A stretch of 64,000 nucleotides of DNA from Antechinus flavipes. Taxonomy: Eukaryota. Position numbers and translations under genes: made by a program. Positions within the stretch are counted from its first letter, which is position 1; every line of letters begins with the position of its first letter. Under the pieces are notes generated by a model. That model worked only from the letters and a program-made list of their open reading frames with translations. It did not search any database and had not been told where the DNA came from. Positions 26,136 to 37,517 of the stretch are shown here, piece after piece. The DNA lies in the NCBI RefSeq assembly GCF_016432865.1, contig NC_067398.1:341124001-341188000 (forward strand). The letters are read 5' to 3'.

Positions 26136-26850
26136 TCAGAGGCTGCTGCTGCTGCTGAGCAGCCTCCTCAGCCGAGAACCCTGACAAAGCAAACAAAGAC
26201 CGGGCTTACCCCTCCTAGGAAGCAATTTCAAATTAAGATGCTATTCACAGCAATCAGAGGGCCTTGCTGGAAGGGTAATGTGTCTACACAAGGCGTGTGC
26301 CAATTAATCCTGTGTTAATTCAGTAATAGCCCTCTTTAGCTTCCCCGTTTCCCAGCTCCTCCGTGAAAATCAGCAAGGGTCTGCTCTTATTTAAATACTT
26401 AATTGTTGCTCGAAATGCAATTAAGAGGCAAGGGTGCCAAGAAAGCCTAAAAAGTTGTTGAAACATTCCCTGCCCCCTCACAGCAGGCAGAGGCGCGGGC
26501 TTCTGGTGATAATTGCAGTCTGAGGTGAGTAAGCAGCTCCGCAAATCCGGAGGGGCCGCCGGCTTCCCAGACAGTCAGAGCCGCGGACCCGTCCCGCTCC
26601 ACGGTGCGGCCGGCAGAGTCCGGGGCCGCGGAGGCTTCGGCTCGTCACATTGAAAGCTCCAAAGGACGCCCTGCCTCCCCGCCCCCTTCCCCAGTGATCC
26701 CCCAAATCAGCTGGCCACAATGAGAGGCAGCTTGGCGTGGGGGTAGCCGCACTACTGTGGGCTCAGAGCCAGAAAAAACCAGAGTCGGGACCCGCTCAGG
26801 AGGTTACCAGAGGCGTGAGTCCGAGAAATCACTTAATCTCCGGACCTCAG
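26130..26850 (+). promoter_or_regulatory. Probable BAIAP3 promoter, non-coding exon 1 and CpG island
   Basis: The clearest CpG-dense block in the window (about 26490-26830). TATA-like TATTTAAA at 26388-26395, GC box ccccgcccc near 26680, consensus donor GAG|gtgagt at 26524/26525. In-frame stops make the exon 5' UTR. Confidence 0.6.
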
Positions 26851-26999
26851 TTTCCTCCTCTGTAAAAAGGAGAGTGGTAATTGACGCACAGGGTATTTGC
26901 GAGAATCAAATATAGGAACGTGCTTTACAGATCTTAAAATTAAAGATTAACTCTTGCTTCATTCCACGGAGAAAATAATGCTTTGCCCGTGTCGCAGCT

Positions 27000-27680
27000 A
27001 GGATTTTTTTTTCATTAAAAAAAAAAATTATGCAAAACATTTCCATAAAAATCATGTTGTGAAAAAGAAGCATCCATTTCCTCCCTTAAAAACCCCTCAA
27101 GAAAATAAAATATGAGAGAAAAGAGGAGAGGGAAAGGGAGGGAGAAGGAGAGGGAAGGGAGGTGGAGGGAGAAGGAGGAAGAGGGAGGGAAGAGGAGAGG
27201 GAGAAAGCAAGACAGGCAGAGGAGAGAGAGAGAATGCTTCAATTTTTATTCAGACAATAGGTCGGATTTTTTATCATAAGTCCTTCAGAGTAGTTGTGGA
27301 TCATTGTATTGCTGAGAATTGTAAAGTCATTCGCAGCTGATCATCCCAGAACATTGCTATTACTTTGTACGCAGTATATTTCATTTTGTTTGAGTTCATG
27401 GAAGACTTTTCAGGTATTTATGAGAGAATCCTGCCCATCATTTCCCATAGAACAATAATATTCCATCATAATCACATACCACAATATATTCTGCCATTCC
27501 CAATTGATACGCATCCCCTCAGTTTCCAAATTTTTGCCCTAAGAAGAGCTGCTATACTTTTGTACATATAGATTTTTTTCCTTTTATTTTTAAATTCTCT
27601 TTTGAGATTCATGCCTAGTCGTGGTATTGTTAGGTCAAAGGATATATGATTTTGTAGCCTTTTGGGCATAGTTCATATCT
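27000..27680 (-). mobile_element. Old L1 3' end
   Basis: Minus-strand ORF resembles the ORF2 tail (SIAALLRAKIWKLRGCVSIG). Confidence 0.7.
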
Positions 27681-30600
27681 TTTGATTCTTTATCAATTAG
27701 GTCATGAGAGCTAGAATTTGAACTGGCTTTCATTCCAGGTTCATGAATCTTATATTAGAATATGAGTTTCAGATTTGCCCTGGAAAAGATGAGGAAATGT
27801 CTCTCTCTCCCTTATTTGCAGAACTAAGGGCCTTTGGGTATGGATTATTGCATATGCTGTCGTACACCATTGATGTGTGGGTTAATTTTGCAAAATTGTT
27901 TTTTTCCTCCCTTCTTTAATCTTTGTTACTAAGCAATGGCTCTCTGGGTAGAGAGAGATATATTGAAGATAAAGATGTCAAAACAAAAGATATCCATAAA
28001 AAAGAGAATTTATCAACTATAAACTTGAAGATACAGTCCATTTTTCTCTATTTCCTCAGTGCCTAGTATAGTGCCTTATACATAGTCGGTACCTGATCAA
28101 TCGTCCCCACCAAAAACCCCAACTTGTTAAAATTGGGACAGTCTCTTTGAACTCAAAAATGAGAGTGTTGAGCTAAATAGCTTCAACATTCCCCTTTAGC
28201 TCTAAATTTGTGAATCTAGTCATTTTATCCCAACTATTTCTCAGTGAAATAGGAATGATCTCAGTGCTGTTATGAGGAAGAAATGCAACAGTGAAGAAGT
28301 TGCTCTGAAAAGCAAGGATTGTCTTTTAATAAAAGCAGCTCACATTTATTAAATACTTTAAACTGATTTCCTCATAACACTCCTAACAGGTAGTATCATC
28401 CCCATTTTACAAATGGAAAAACTGCAGTGCAGGAGGGATAAGTGATTACCCAGGATCCTAAAGTTAGGAAGTATTTAGACCTGAGATTTGAACTCTAGAG
28501 TCCAGCACTCTTTGCATTCATCCTATTTAGCTTTTCAGGAGTTTGAGAGTGTATGTGCAAGGTTCAGAAGCAAGTTCCAAATAGCTTAGACTGACTTGCT
28601 CAGCACAGGGAGAGCAGATGATAGGTTTGGGTGAGTTGTCTAAGTCACCTTCTGGTAACCAACCATAGCAACCCAGACATCTTGGCTCTGACAAATGTTT
28701 CACAAGTGTGGCTACCTCTCAAGTGAGATTAGGTTTCCTGGGCTAGTTTCTTGTAACAAGCATTTAATACTAGCTCAACCTCCTTCTACTCATCATTCCC
28801 TTCTTTCTCCCAGTAATTAGTGGATGTGGGCTCAAGAAAGATAAATTCATCGAGTGTTAGCCTGATTATCATAATTTAAAAATCACCTGGGGTAGGGATG
28901 TGGAAGAAGATCCTATAATCAATCAGTAAACACTTATTAAACACCTACTATATACCGAGCACAATTTATTCTCAAGTCAAATATAAACAGTGTGCTGGGA
29001 ACAGGGAATTGCCACCTATTCACTATGTGAGCTTGGGCCCCAGTTTTTTAATTTTTTCCCATATTGTGAAATAAAAAGCTTAGACTAGACCTCTTCCGGT
29101 CCTGCAATTCTGTGTATCTGTGATTTATATTCTGCCTGCCGTGGCTCACCTCCATTAGTGGGATTAGCTGGGTGTAGTTTATGCCTTCATCATCACAAAA
29201 GTTTTCTAGACAATATTTTGTCATCAAGGAAGCTCCTTTCACCTTTTCTAGTACAGACCATGACTCAGTCATATATTCTGATTCTTTGGCTCTTTTCTAC
29301 ATCCTCCTCTGCATTCTTGGAGAAATCTCCCCAATACATAGGGCACTTCTGATTGAACGCTTCTCCTAGAGAGCAGCTTGGGATTGTTGGAAGTGTTAGA
29401 CATTCTCTCCCATATGTGACTGAGTACATTCTTTTCTTTGTTCCGTCCTGGCCTGGCCCATTGCCCAAAGACAGCACCTGTTTGAGAAATGATGGATCAG
29501 CTCACTGAGCTGCTCCAGCTGCATGTCATAATTTGGCTCCAGGCAGTCTTCATCCACTTGGGTTATTCCCATGTGGATGGTCAGCTTATGGATATCATTG
29601 AAAAGGTCTTGTGGTGTTCCACGACTAGATGCAGTTGTACAGTGTCATCTGGAAATGGTAGTCCCTCGTTCTGTATATTTTGCTATGATCCCGACTCATC
29701 TGGAGAAAAGTGGAAATAGTCCATTTTACTTGTTGGAAATAAATGTCTGCCTTTGATGGTGAGGGTGGTGGGGTGGAGGTACTGGTGGTGGTAGGGAACT
29801 GTCAATTCAATTCAACAGACATTTATTACATGTGTGCAAGGCACTGTGGTGAATACAGCTGGGGAGAGTTAAACAAAAATACCAACAGTTTCTGTTCTCA
29901 AAGAATATTTTATAGGGGATTCGAGGAGGCCATAATAATAACATAATAATATTAATAGCAAAGACCTGTATAATGCTTTAAGTTTTGCAAAGCACTTTAT
30001 CTATATGACATTAGTTAATCCTCACAGTCCTGTGAAGTAGGTGCTATCATTGTCCCCGATTTACAGATGAACATGGAACATTGGAGGAAGGATGTTATCA
30101 CTGAAAGAAATAGAAAGAGGGGTAGATTCAAGGAGGAAGGAAATAAAGTAGATTTTGGACATGTTGAGTTGGAAGTATTGATGACCAACCTAGCTCACCT
30201 GTACTAAAGGGAGAGGGAGATGTGGGTGTGAAGCTCCAAAGGAAAGTAAGGATTAGAAACAGAGGCAACTGGACAGAGACAGTGAATGAGATGACCAAGG
30301 GAGTGCAGGGAGAGAAGAAGGCCAAAAATAGAATACAGAACCACAGATTTGTTGCTTGAATTAAAGCATTGAAGGAATCACATGGTCAGGAATGATCTAG
30401 TCCAATTCCCTCGTTGTACAGATGCAAGACCAAGTGTCCAGAGTGGTGAAATGACCTGTCAAAGTCATTTAGGGCAAAACTGCATTCAAATTCAGGTCCC
30501 ATGACTGATAATTATAATCTTTCCAATGTACCAGTCTAGTAGGAATATATCTTCTTTTATAACAAGAAGAAAGGAGAGGAGAGAATGTGATGATGCTGAA

Positions 30601-31559
30601 AGGTTTTAAGGAATAGAAAAAGGAACTGAGGGGATTCATATCAGGTGATCTCTGTCTTCTTAGGAAAGTAGGATGGGACAATGGAGTGGGGGCAGAGAGG
30701 AGTAGAGTCATTAGAAGAAACTTTCCTCCTCCCTACAGAATAGAAAAGACAAAGTTTGGAAATCTAACTTCCTCCACATATCTTTGGACCAGTAACTGGT
30801 CTCCTTCTACAAAACACCTCATCTCCAGACTAGGCATTTTTATAATGTCTATAATTCTCTCCCTCTTCATTTCTACCTCCTTTCTTCCCCTGGATTCTTT
30901 CAAGCCCCAAATAAAATTCCATCTTCTACAGGGATATCCCTTAATACTGGTGCTTTTCTTCTGTTGATTATTTCCAATTTATACTGTATACATCTTGTTT
31001 GCATATTGTCTCCCCTATTAGGCTGAGATCCTTGAGACTAGGGAGTGTGCTTTTGTTTTTTTTTGCCTCCCTAGTATATGGCACATAGTGGGAGCTTAAT
31101 AAGTACTTGTTGACTTGACTTAAACTTCTTACAAAAGGTCTCAGTGGGCTCTGAGAAAAGGAGTTGATGGAGACAGAGAAGAGGGATTGTAAAGAGCCTA
31201 TGCATTCACAGTGTGTAAAACCAGCTTGATGTTTTTACTTTCTCCATCAATATTAAATGGTGCTGGAACAAGAGGAGAAAAATTAGATGGCAAGAGTTCG
31301 GAATGAAAACTTATTGATTGGGATTGGTAGGATTGGGCATGGGCTGAAAGGGATTCTAGAGTAGTAAGTAGCTAATGAGGCATTAAAGGGATAGACAGTA
31401 GGGGACAAAACCAGACATGGAAGCAAGTGAAGCCAGAGCAAAAAGAGATGGACTAGATAAAAAGCAGTGGGTTAAGGGATCAGAGGTTAGGATAAGGGGA
31501 AAAGAGGAAGTTTAATGTGAGTGAGAGGATAGAAGAGCTGGAAGGATTCAAGATAATGG

Positions 31560-32790
31560 TCAAAACATGGATATTGATGATACATTTCTCTTTTTTTTTG
31601 TCTAATTCCCTGCTTTCTTTTTTACATGTAATAATATTATATTTTTTTCCAATTTCAAGTAAAAACAATTTTTGAAATTCTTTGTGTTAATCTTTTTAAA
31701 TTAAAGCTTCTTATTTTCAAAACATGCATAATTTAACAAATGTTTATTAAAGTTTTTTATTTTCAAAACAAATGCATAGATAATTTTCAACATTTACCCT
31801 TGCAAAACCTTGTGTTCCAAATTTTTTCCCTCCCTTTCCCCATCTCCTCCCCAAGACAGCAAATAATCCAATATGTTAAACATGTGCAGTTCTTCTATAT
31901 ATATTTCCACAATTGTGCTGACCCAAAAAAATACAGATCAAAAAGGAAAAAAAATGAGAAAGAAAAAAATGCAAGCTAGCAACAACAAAAAGAGTGAAAA
32001 TGCTATGTTGTGATCCACACTCAGTACCCACAGCCCTCCCTCTGGGTGCAGATGGCTCTCTCCATCACAAAATCATTGGAACTGGCCTGGGTTATCTCAT
32101 TGTTGAAAAGAGCCACTTCTGGGCCAGCCAGGTGGTACAGTGGATAGAGCACCAGCCCTGAAGTCAGGAAGACCTGAGTTCAAATCTGGCCTCAGACACT
32201 TAACACTTCACAGCTATGTAACCCTGGGCAAGTCACTTAATCCCAATTGCCTCAGCAAAAAGAAAAAAGAAAAAGAAAAGAACCATTTCTGTCAGAATTG
32301 AGTATCACATAATCTTGTTGCAGTGTACGTTTCACTCAGCGTCAGTTCATGTAAGTCTCTCCAGGCTTTTCTAAAGTCTTGCTGATCATTTCTTATAGAA
32401 CAATAATATTCCATAACATTCATACACTATAACTTATTCAGCCATTCTCCAATTGATGGGCATCCATTCTTTTTCCAGTTTCTAACCGCTACAAACAGGG
32501 CTGCCACAAACATTTTTGCACATGTGGGTCCCTGTCTCTCCTTTAAGATCTCTTTGGGATATAAGCCCAGTAGTAGCACTGCTGGATCCAAGGATATGCA
32601 CAGTTTGATAGCCCTTCGGGCATGGTTCCACATTGTTCTACAGAATGGTTCAATCTGTTCACAACTCCACCAACAATGTATCAGTGTCCCAGTTTTCCCA
32701 CATCCCCTCTAATACTCGTCATTATCTTTTCCTGTCATCTTAGCCAATCTGACAGGTGTGAGGTGGTACCTCAGAGTTTTGACATTCATT
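31560..32790 (-). mobile_element. L1 3' end (ORF2 tail plus 3'UTR)
   Basis: Minus-strand ORF AIKLCISLDPAVLLLGLYPKEILKERQGPTCAKMFVAALF. Confidence 0.88.
32121..32275 (+). mobile_element. WSINE1-like SINE nested in an L1
   Basis: Same consensus as 908-1043; degenerate TSD aaaagagccacttct / aaaagaaccatttct. Confidence 0.88.
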
Positions 32791-34499
32791 TTTGGAAAGA
32801 CTTTGAGTTCCAAATTTTTCTCCCTCTTCCCCTCTCAAAGATATATTTCTTGGAGATGGAGAGGATTAAATTTAGTAGTTGAAGTGAGGCTGGGGGGAGA
32901 AGTTGGTGGACTTGGGGAGACTAATGACTCATGTGGTCAGGTTATCAATACAAATGCTAAAGTCCTAAAATAGTGGTGGGGGTGGGGGTGGAGAAAACAA
33001 CTGTGGGTCAAAATTAACAGCTTTGAAAGGGTCAGGATAATCACCTAGGGCTTGGCAGATGATTGTAAGGAGGTGGTACATGGTATTGTAATGTGCTACA
33101 CCATACAAATATGTATAGCTATTAAAGGCATTATCTTGTGCAAGATTTCCCCCATCCCCTGCTTCACAAGAGCCTTTCCCCTTATTCCCCATCTCCCTAG
33201 ATTAAATGCAGACTAAATTCAACCCATCCAACCTGAACCCTTTGAGGAATTCCACTTAACTTTTTCAGGAGGCAAAGCTGCTAGACATTTGGAGAAATAG
33301 CATCTTGAGGTCTCCTTCCCCCAAACCCCCGTGTATTGAGTTTTGATTAAAAAGAGAAGGAAAGGGAGGAGGGAAGATAGAACAAGTGAAGAATAGGGCC
33401 CATTAGTGGAAGTAAGAAGCCCATTTCCCTCCTGGGGACAGCTGGTAAAAGATAAGTGACGTGGAAACATTCATCAACAGCTCCAATCTTAGCCCCCAAA
33501 TAAGCTTCCCTGCTAATGGCAGTCCATTTCGCTAGCATTTTCAGGTGCTGATGGCAGTTCCCCTGCTGAGCTTCATCTGGGATGTACTTAGGAAATCCTC
33601 TTGCTGGGAAACAAGTGTTTTTCTCTATGCTTCCTGGACCATGAACCCCTGGAGAGACAGATCATGTTTGCTGGCCCTTCTTTCTCAAAACTTCCAACTC
33701 CTAAGTTCTCTGCTTTCCCTCCCCACTAAAGCATTAGGTGCTAAAGACTGAGAAGGGTGGAATGGAAGGTGGAAAGTGGCTTGGAGTCCTCTGAGAAGGC
33801 TCCCTGCAGGGGCCATGACTCACACAGAGCCTAAAGATTGATTAGAATTTGAAGGAAGGTCATCTAAAGCAGAAAATGGGAATATAAAATCAAGTCAGGA
33901 AAATAGGCACAGATGTAAGGAGGCTATTTTGGGAACCCTTGGATTGATTAAGAGGTGGCAACCTCTTAGGGAAGAGAAGCTTGGGTTTGAAGTCCGATTA
34001 TAAGGGCTTGAGAAGTAAATGAGGTGGTCAAGAAGTAGGGGTTAGCTTAGAGCCAGCTGTGAAATGTAGACAAATCTTTTTGGGAACTTGTCAGTGAGAG
34101 GGAAGAGATCAAGACTGATGGATAGCTTAGGGGGATGGCTGGATCAAGTGAGGATGGGGTAAATTGGAATATGGCTTGGGATATAGAGCCAGGAAAAAAT
34201 AGAGAGGGTGGGGAAGGGGGTGGGAAGAGGAGAGAAAAAAAGGAAGGAGATGGAAGATGAAAAGAAATTAAAGTCGAGAGGTCAAGGAATTATTAAGGAG
34301 ACAAGGTCCTTAGGTAAGCTATAGGGTACAGAACCTTGTTCAAGGAAGACTACCTCTTTATCAAAGTAAGGCAGGGGGAGATTTGGGATTTTGATGTATG
34401 AAGTAGAATAAAAAGGACAGTCACAGCAGATGGCTCCTATTTTTCAGTAAGGTAGGAGACAACCTTTGCTGAAGGCAAGGTGATGTTTGAGGTGTTGAG

Positions 34500-34790
34500 A
34501 AAGAGAGACACACATACACACAGACTCAGAGACAGAGAGACTCGGAGAGAGGTAAAAACAGAGAGACAGAGACATACACATACAGAAAAACTCAGAGAAA
34601 CAGAAACAGAGACCAAGATAGACAGAGAGACAGAGAAAGAAGCAGATACAGAGAGAAAGAGAGACAATGAGAGAGACATAAACATGCACCCAGAGACTCA
34701 CAGAAAGAGAGAGAGACAGACACAGAGACAGACAAATAATATATGGAAGAGCCAGTGAGAAGGAGGAGAAAAAGAATCTATCAAAGAAGA
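34500..34790. repeat. (GA/CA)-rich low-complexity tract
   Basis: gagacagaga repeats. Confidence 0.9.
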
Positions 34791-35561
34791 ACAAAAGCTA
34801 TTGAGATAGCAATGTGGGAGAACGAGCCCACCAGGCAAATGCTGTGGGTGGGTGGGCAGGGGGTGACCCAGAGTAAAGGACTGATTGGGCATGAATGGTG
34901 GTAAACAAAGGGGCATAGGCAATACCCAGGCAAAGTCTCTATTGCAAGTATGATGGAAATTTTTTATTTCCTTTTATTAATTTTTATTATCATCCCTCCT
35001 GTAACTTTTGGTTATCTCATAACATAAACCAGATGGAAAAATTCTGTGGTCTTTACGGTTCAATGGCAAAGCAGATAATAATGCTTTTTTCTTTAATGTC
35101 ATTTGACAATATGTTGAAAAGGGCATGAATAAAACATTTTTCAAAGGACAAAAACAAAGCCATTTCAGTACTGAATTCTTTTAAAAAGAGAGAATGAGTT
35201 GGAAGCCATCAGATGACTAAGATGATAGCTATTAGAATCCTTGGCTCTTGATATGACTGGATAGAATGAACCTCAAAGGAGAAGAGGATTCTCAGTAATA
35301 AAGACAAAAAAAGATAATGTGAAAATAATAAAGTGGAGAACAACGAATGTGTACATTTGTCTTCGTGGCTCAGTGTATCAGTGAGTGAGGGAAAGACACC
35401 AGCCCAGAAGAGGGTAGCCAGTGAGAATTCATCTTCCAAAGTGCTAGGGTTTCTATGAAAACAATAAAATGGAGAGTCTAAAAAGAGATTGAGGGTGCCA
35501 AAATATTCTTCCTAAAAGCAAGATTAGACCATGCTACTTCCGAGCTAAAGAATATTCTATG

Positions 35562-35911
35562 TAATGAACTGAACCAGCTACACCCAGCAAAAGAACTCTG
35601 GGAAATGAGTGTGAACCACTACATAGAATTCCCAATCCCTCTATTTTTATCCACTTGCATTTTTGATTTCCTTCACAAGCTAATTGTACACTATTTCAAG
35701 GTCTGACTCTCTTTATACAACAAATTAACTGTTTGGACATGTATATATATAGTATTTGACTTAAACTTTAACATATTTAACATGTATTGGCCAACCTGCC
35801 ATCTGGGGGAGGGGATGGGAAGAAGGAGGGGAAAAATTGGAACAAAAGGTTTTGCAATTGTCAATGCTATTACCCATGCATATAACTTATAACTTAAAAG
35901 CTATTTTAAAA
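35562..35911 (+). mobile_element. Very short 5'-truncated L1 (3'UTR only) with exact TSD
   Basis: 15-bp TSD AAAGAATATTCTATG at 35547-35561 and 35912-35926. Confidence 0.88.
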
Positions 35912-37368
35912 AAAGAATATTCTATGACTTCCTAGGATAAAATAAAAAATTCTTATCTTGGGTTTGAAAATTCTTCTCAGTCTGGCTCCAAGCCACCTCT
36001 CCATACTTATTTCACAATTCTCCCCTTCACATACTCTATTTCAGTTGTATCAAAACTTTTATGTTCATATGTTCGTGTCAGTAAAATATTTAGAATATGA
36101 ATACATATTTGCTTATTTATAAATTATGTGTGTATATGTTACTATACTACTACTTATATGCATTATAAAGCACAAAAGACAGAAATGTAAAAAGATGAGA
36201 TGAAGATGTAATAATATTTGGTTCTAGAGGCAATATGAGACCATTGTTATTTTATGAGTAGGAGAGAGACATGATCATTCCCACACCTTAGGCCAATCAG
36301 TGTGGCATCTGTATGGGGAATGGATCAGCAGGAGGCTAATTAAAAGGTTAGGGATGAAGAGATAAATAAAGAAAAGGGGCTAAATATTAGAGACATAGGA
36401 GAAGTGGAAAGCACAAAACTTGGCCCCTGATGGCTGATGTGGGATGACGGAGAGTGAGAAGGCCAGTGAATGGAGGGGTGTTGGCGTTTTTGAAAGTAAT
36501 GGAAAATTTGGAAGAGGTGTTTTGGAGGAAAAGAATGGCTGTGAAGAGCACAACCCAAACATGTCTGTTTATCCTACTCCACTCAAAAGAAAAAAGGAGT
36601 AGATGGGGCCGTTAGTCATCAATCACTGCCCTTTGCTGAGGATCTGGAGACAGAGGGTGGGTGTGAGGGCTGCTGTGGAGGGGTTTGCAATGGTTCTTAC
36701 ACAGCTGCTTCTTTGGACACCTGGGTAGGGGGTAAGTAGTAATATCCCCTTGAGGAGGTATGAGTGGGAATTATGGAAGTAAAGAGGAGGGAGAAGAAAA
36801 AATGAAGGTTTCCTCTTTGGAGACATGTCCCATTTTTGGCTGTTGTGGGGAGAGTGGACACAATTTATTTTCCCACCCTCAGATTGACTGATCACACTTT
36901 GGGGCCAGGGCATTGTTCCCACAATACTGCTTTGAAGATCATTGTTTTAGCTCTCAGCTAAGCCAGCCTATTAGGTATTCCTTGAACTTAACATTCCCTC
37001 ATTCCCCCATGTTTGGAACGTATACCCTCCTCACCTGAGACTCTTTAGAATCCTTAGCTTTTTTCCAAAACTCAGCTCAGGTGATACTTGCTGTGAAAAG
37101 CCTTTCCTAATATCCAAATTGTTAATGTTCTCCTTTTTATTATCATATAATTTGCTTACTTGAATACATATTGCTTTTCTCCAAAAAAATGTAAGCCCCT
37201 TGAGGGCAGGGACTATTTCCTTTTTATCTTTTTTATTCCCAGACTCCAGTATTGTAGCTTCCATACATGGCAATTAATAGATGGGTATTGAATTGAATTG
37301 AAGGTTTGGGGACCTCTTGGACTAATCCTATGTCTCTTTTTCTTCAGCCAGCCTTTTGGAGAACAGTC

Positions 37369-37517
37369 ATGTCGACTTTACTGGATATCAAAAGCAGCGT
37401 GCTGAGGCAGGTCCAGAGGAGCCAGTCTTTTAGGAGGAGGGCTGATGAGTCAGCCCCATCTGGGGCAGGATCCAGTTCCTCTCTGCAAGAAGGTGGGCCG
37501 GAAGCAAGTGTGTCCAG
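37369..37517 (+). CDS. BAIAP3: BAIAP3 exon 2, first coding exon (exon starts about 37348): MSTLLDIKSSVLRQVQRSQSFRRR...EASVSR
   Basis: Acceptor tctttttcttcag ends at 37347; ATG context gtcATGT; donor AG|gtgagt; phase 2. Confidence 0.95.

Noticed and set aside
25526-26318. ORFs of 157-211 aa rich in Leu, Pro and Phe
   Set aside because: Translation of a pyrimidine minisatellite.
26576-26596. REST/NRSE site
   Set aside because: Only about 14/20 matches, and both key half-sites (CAGCACC, GGACAG) are broken.
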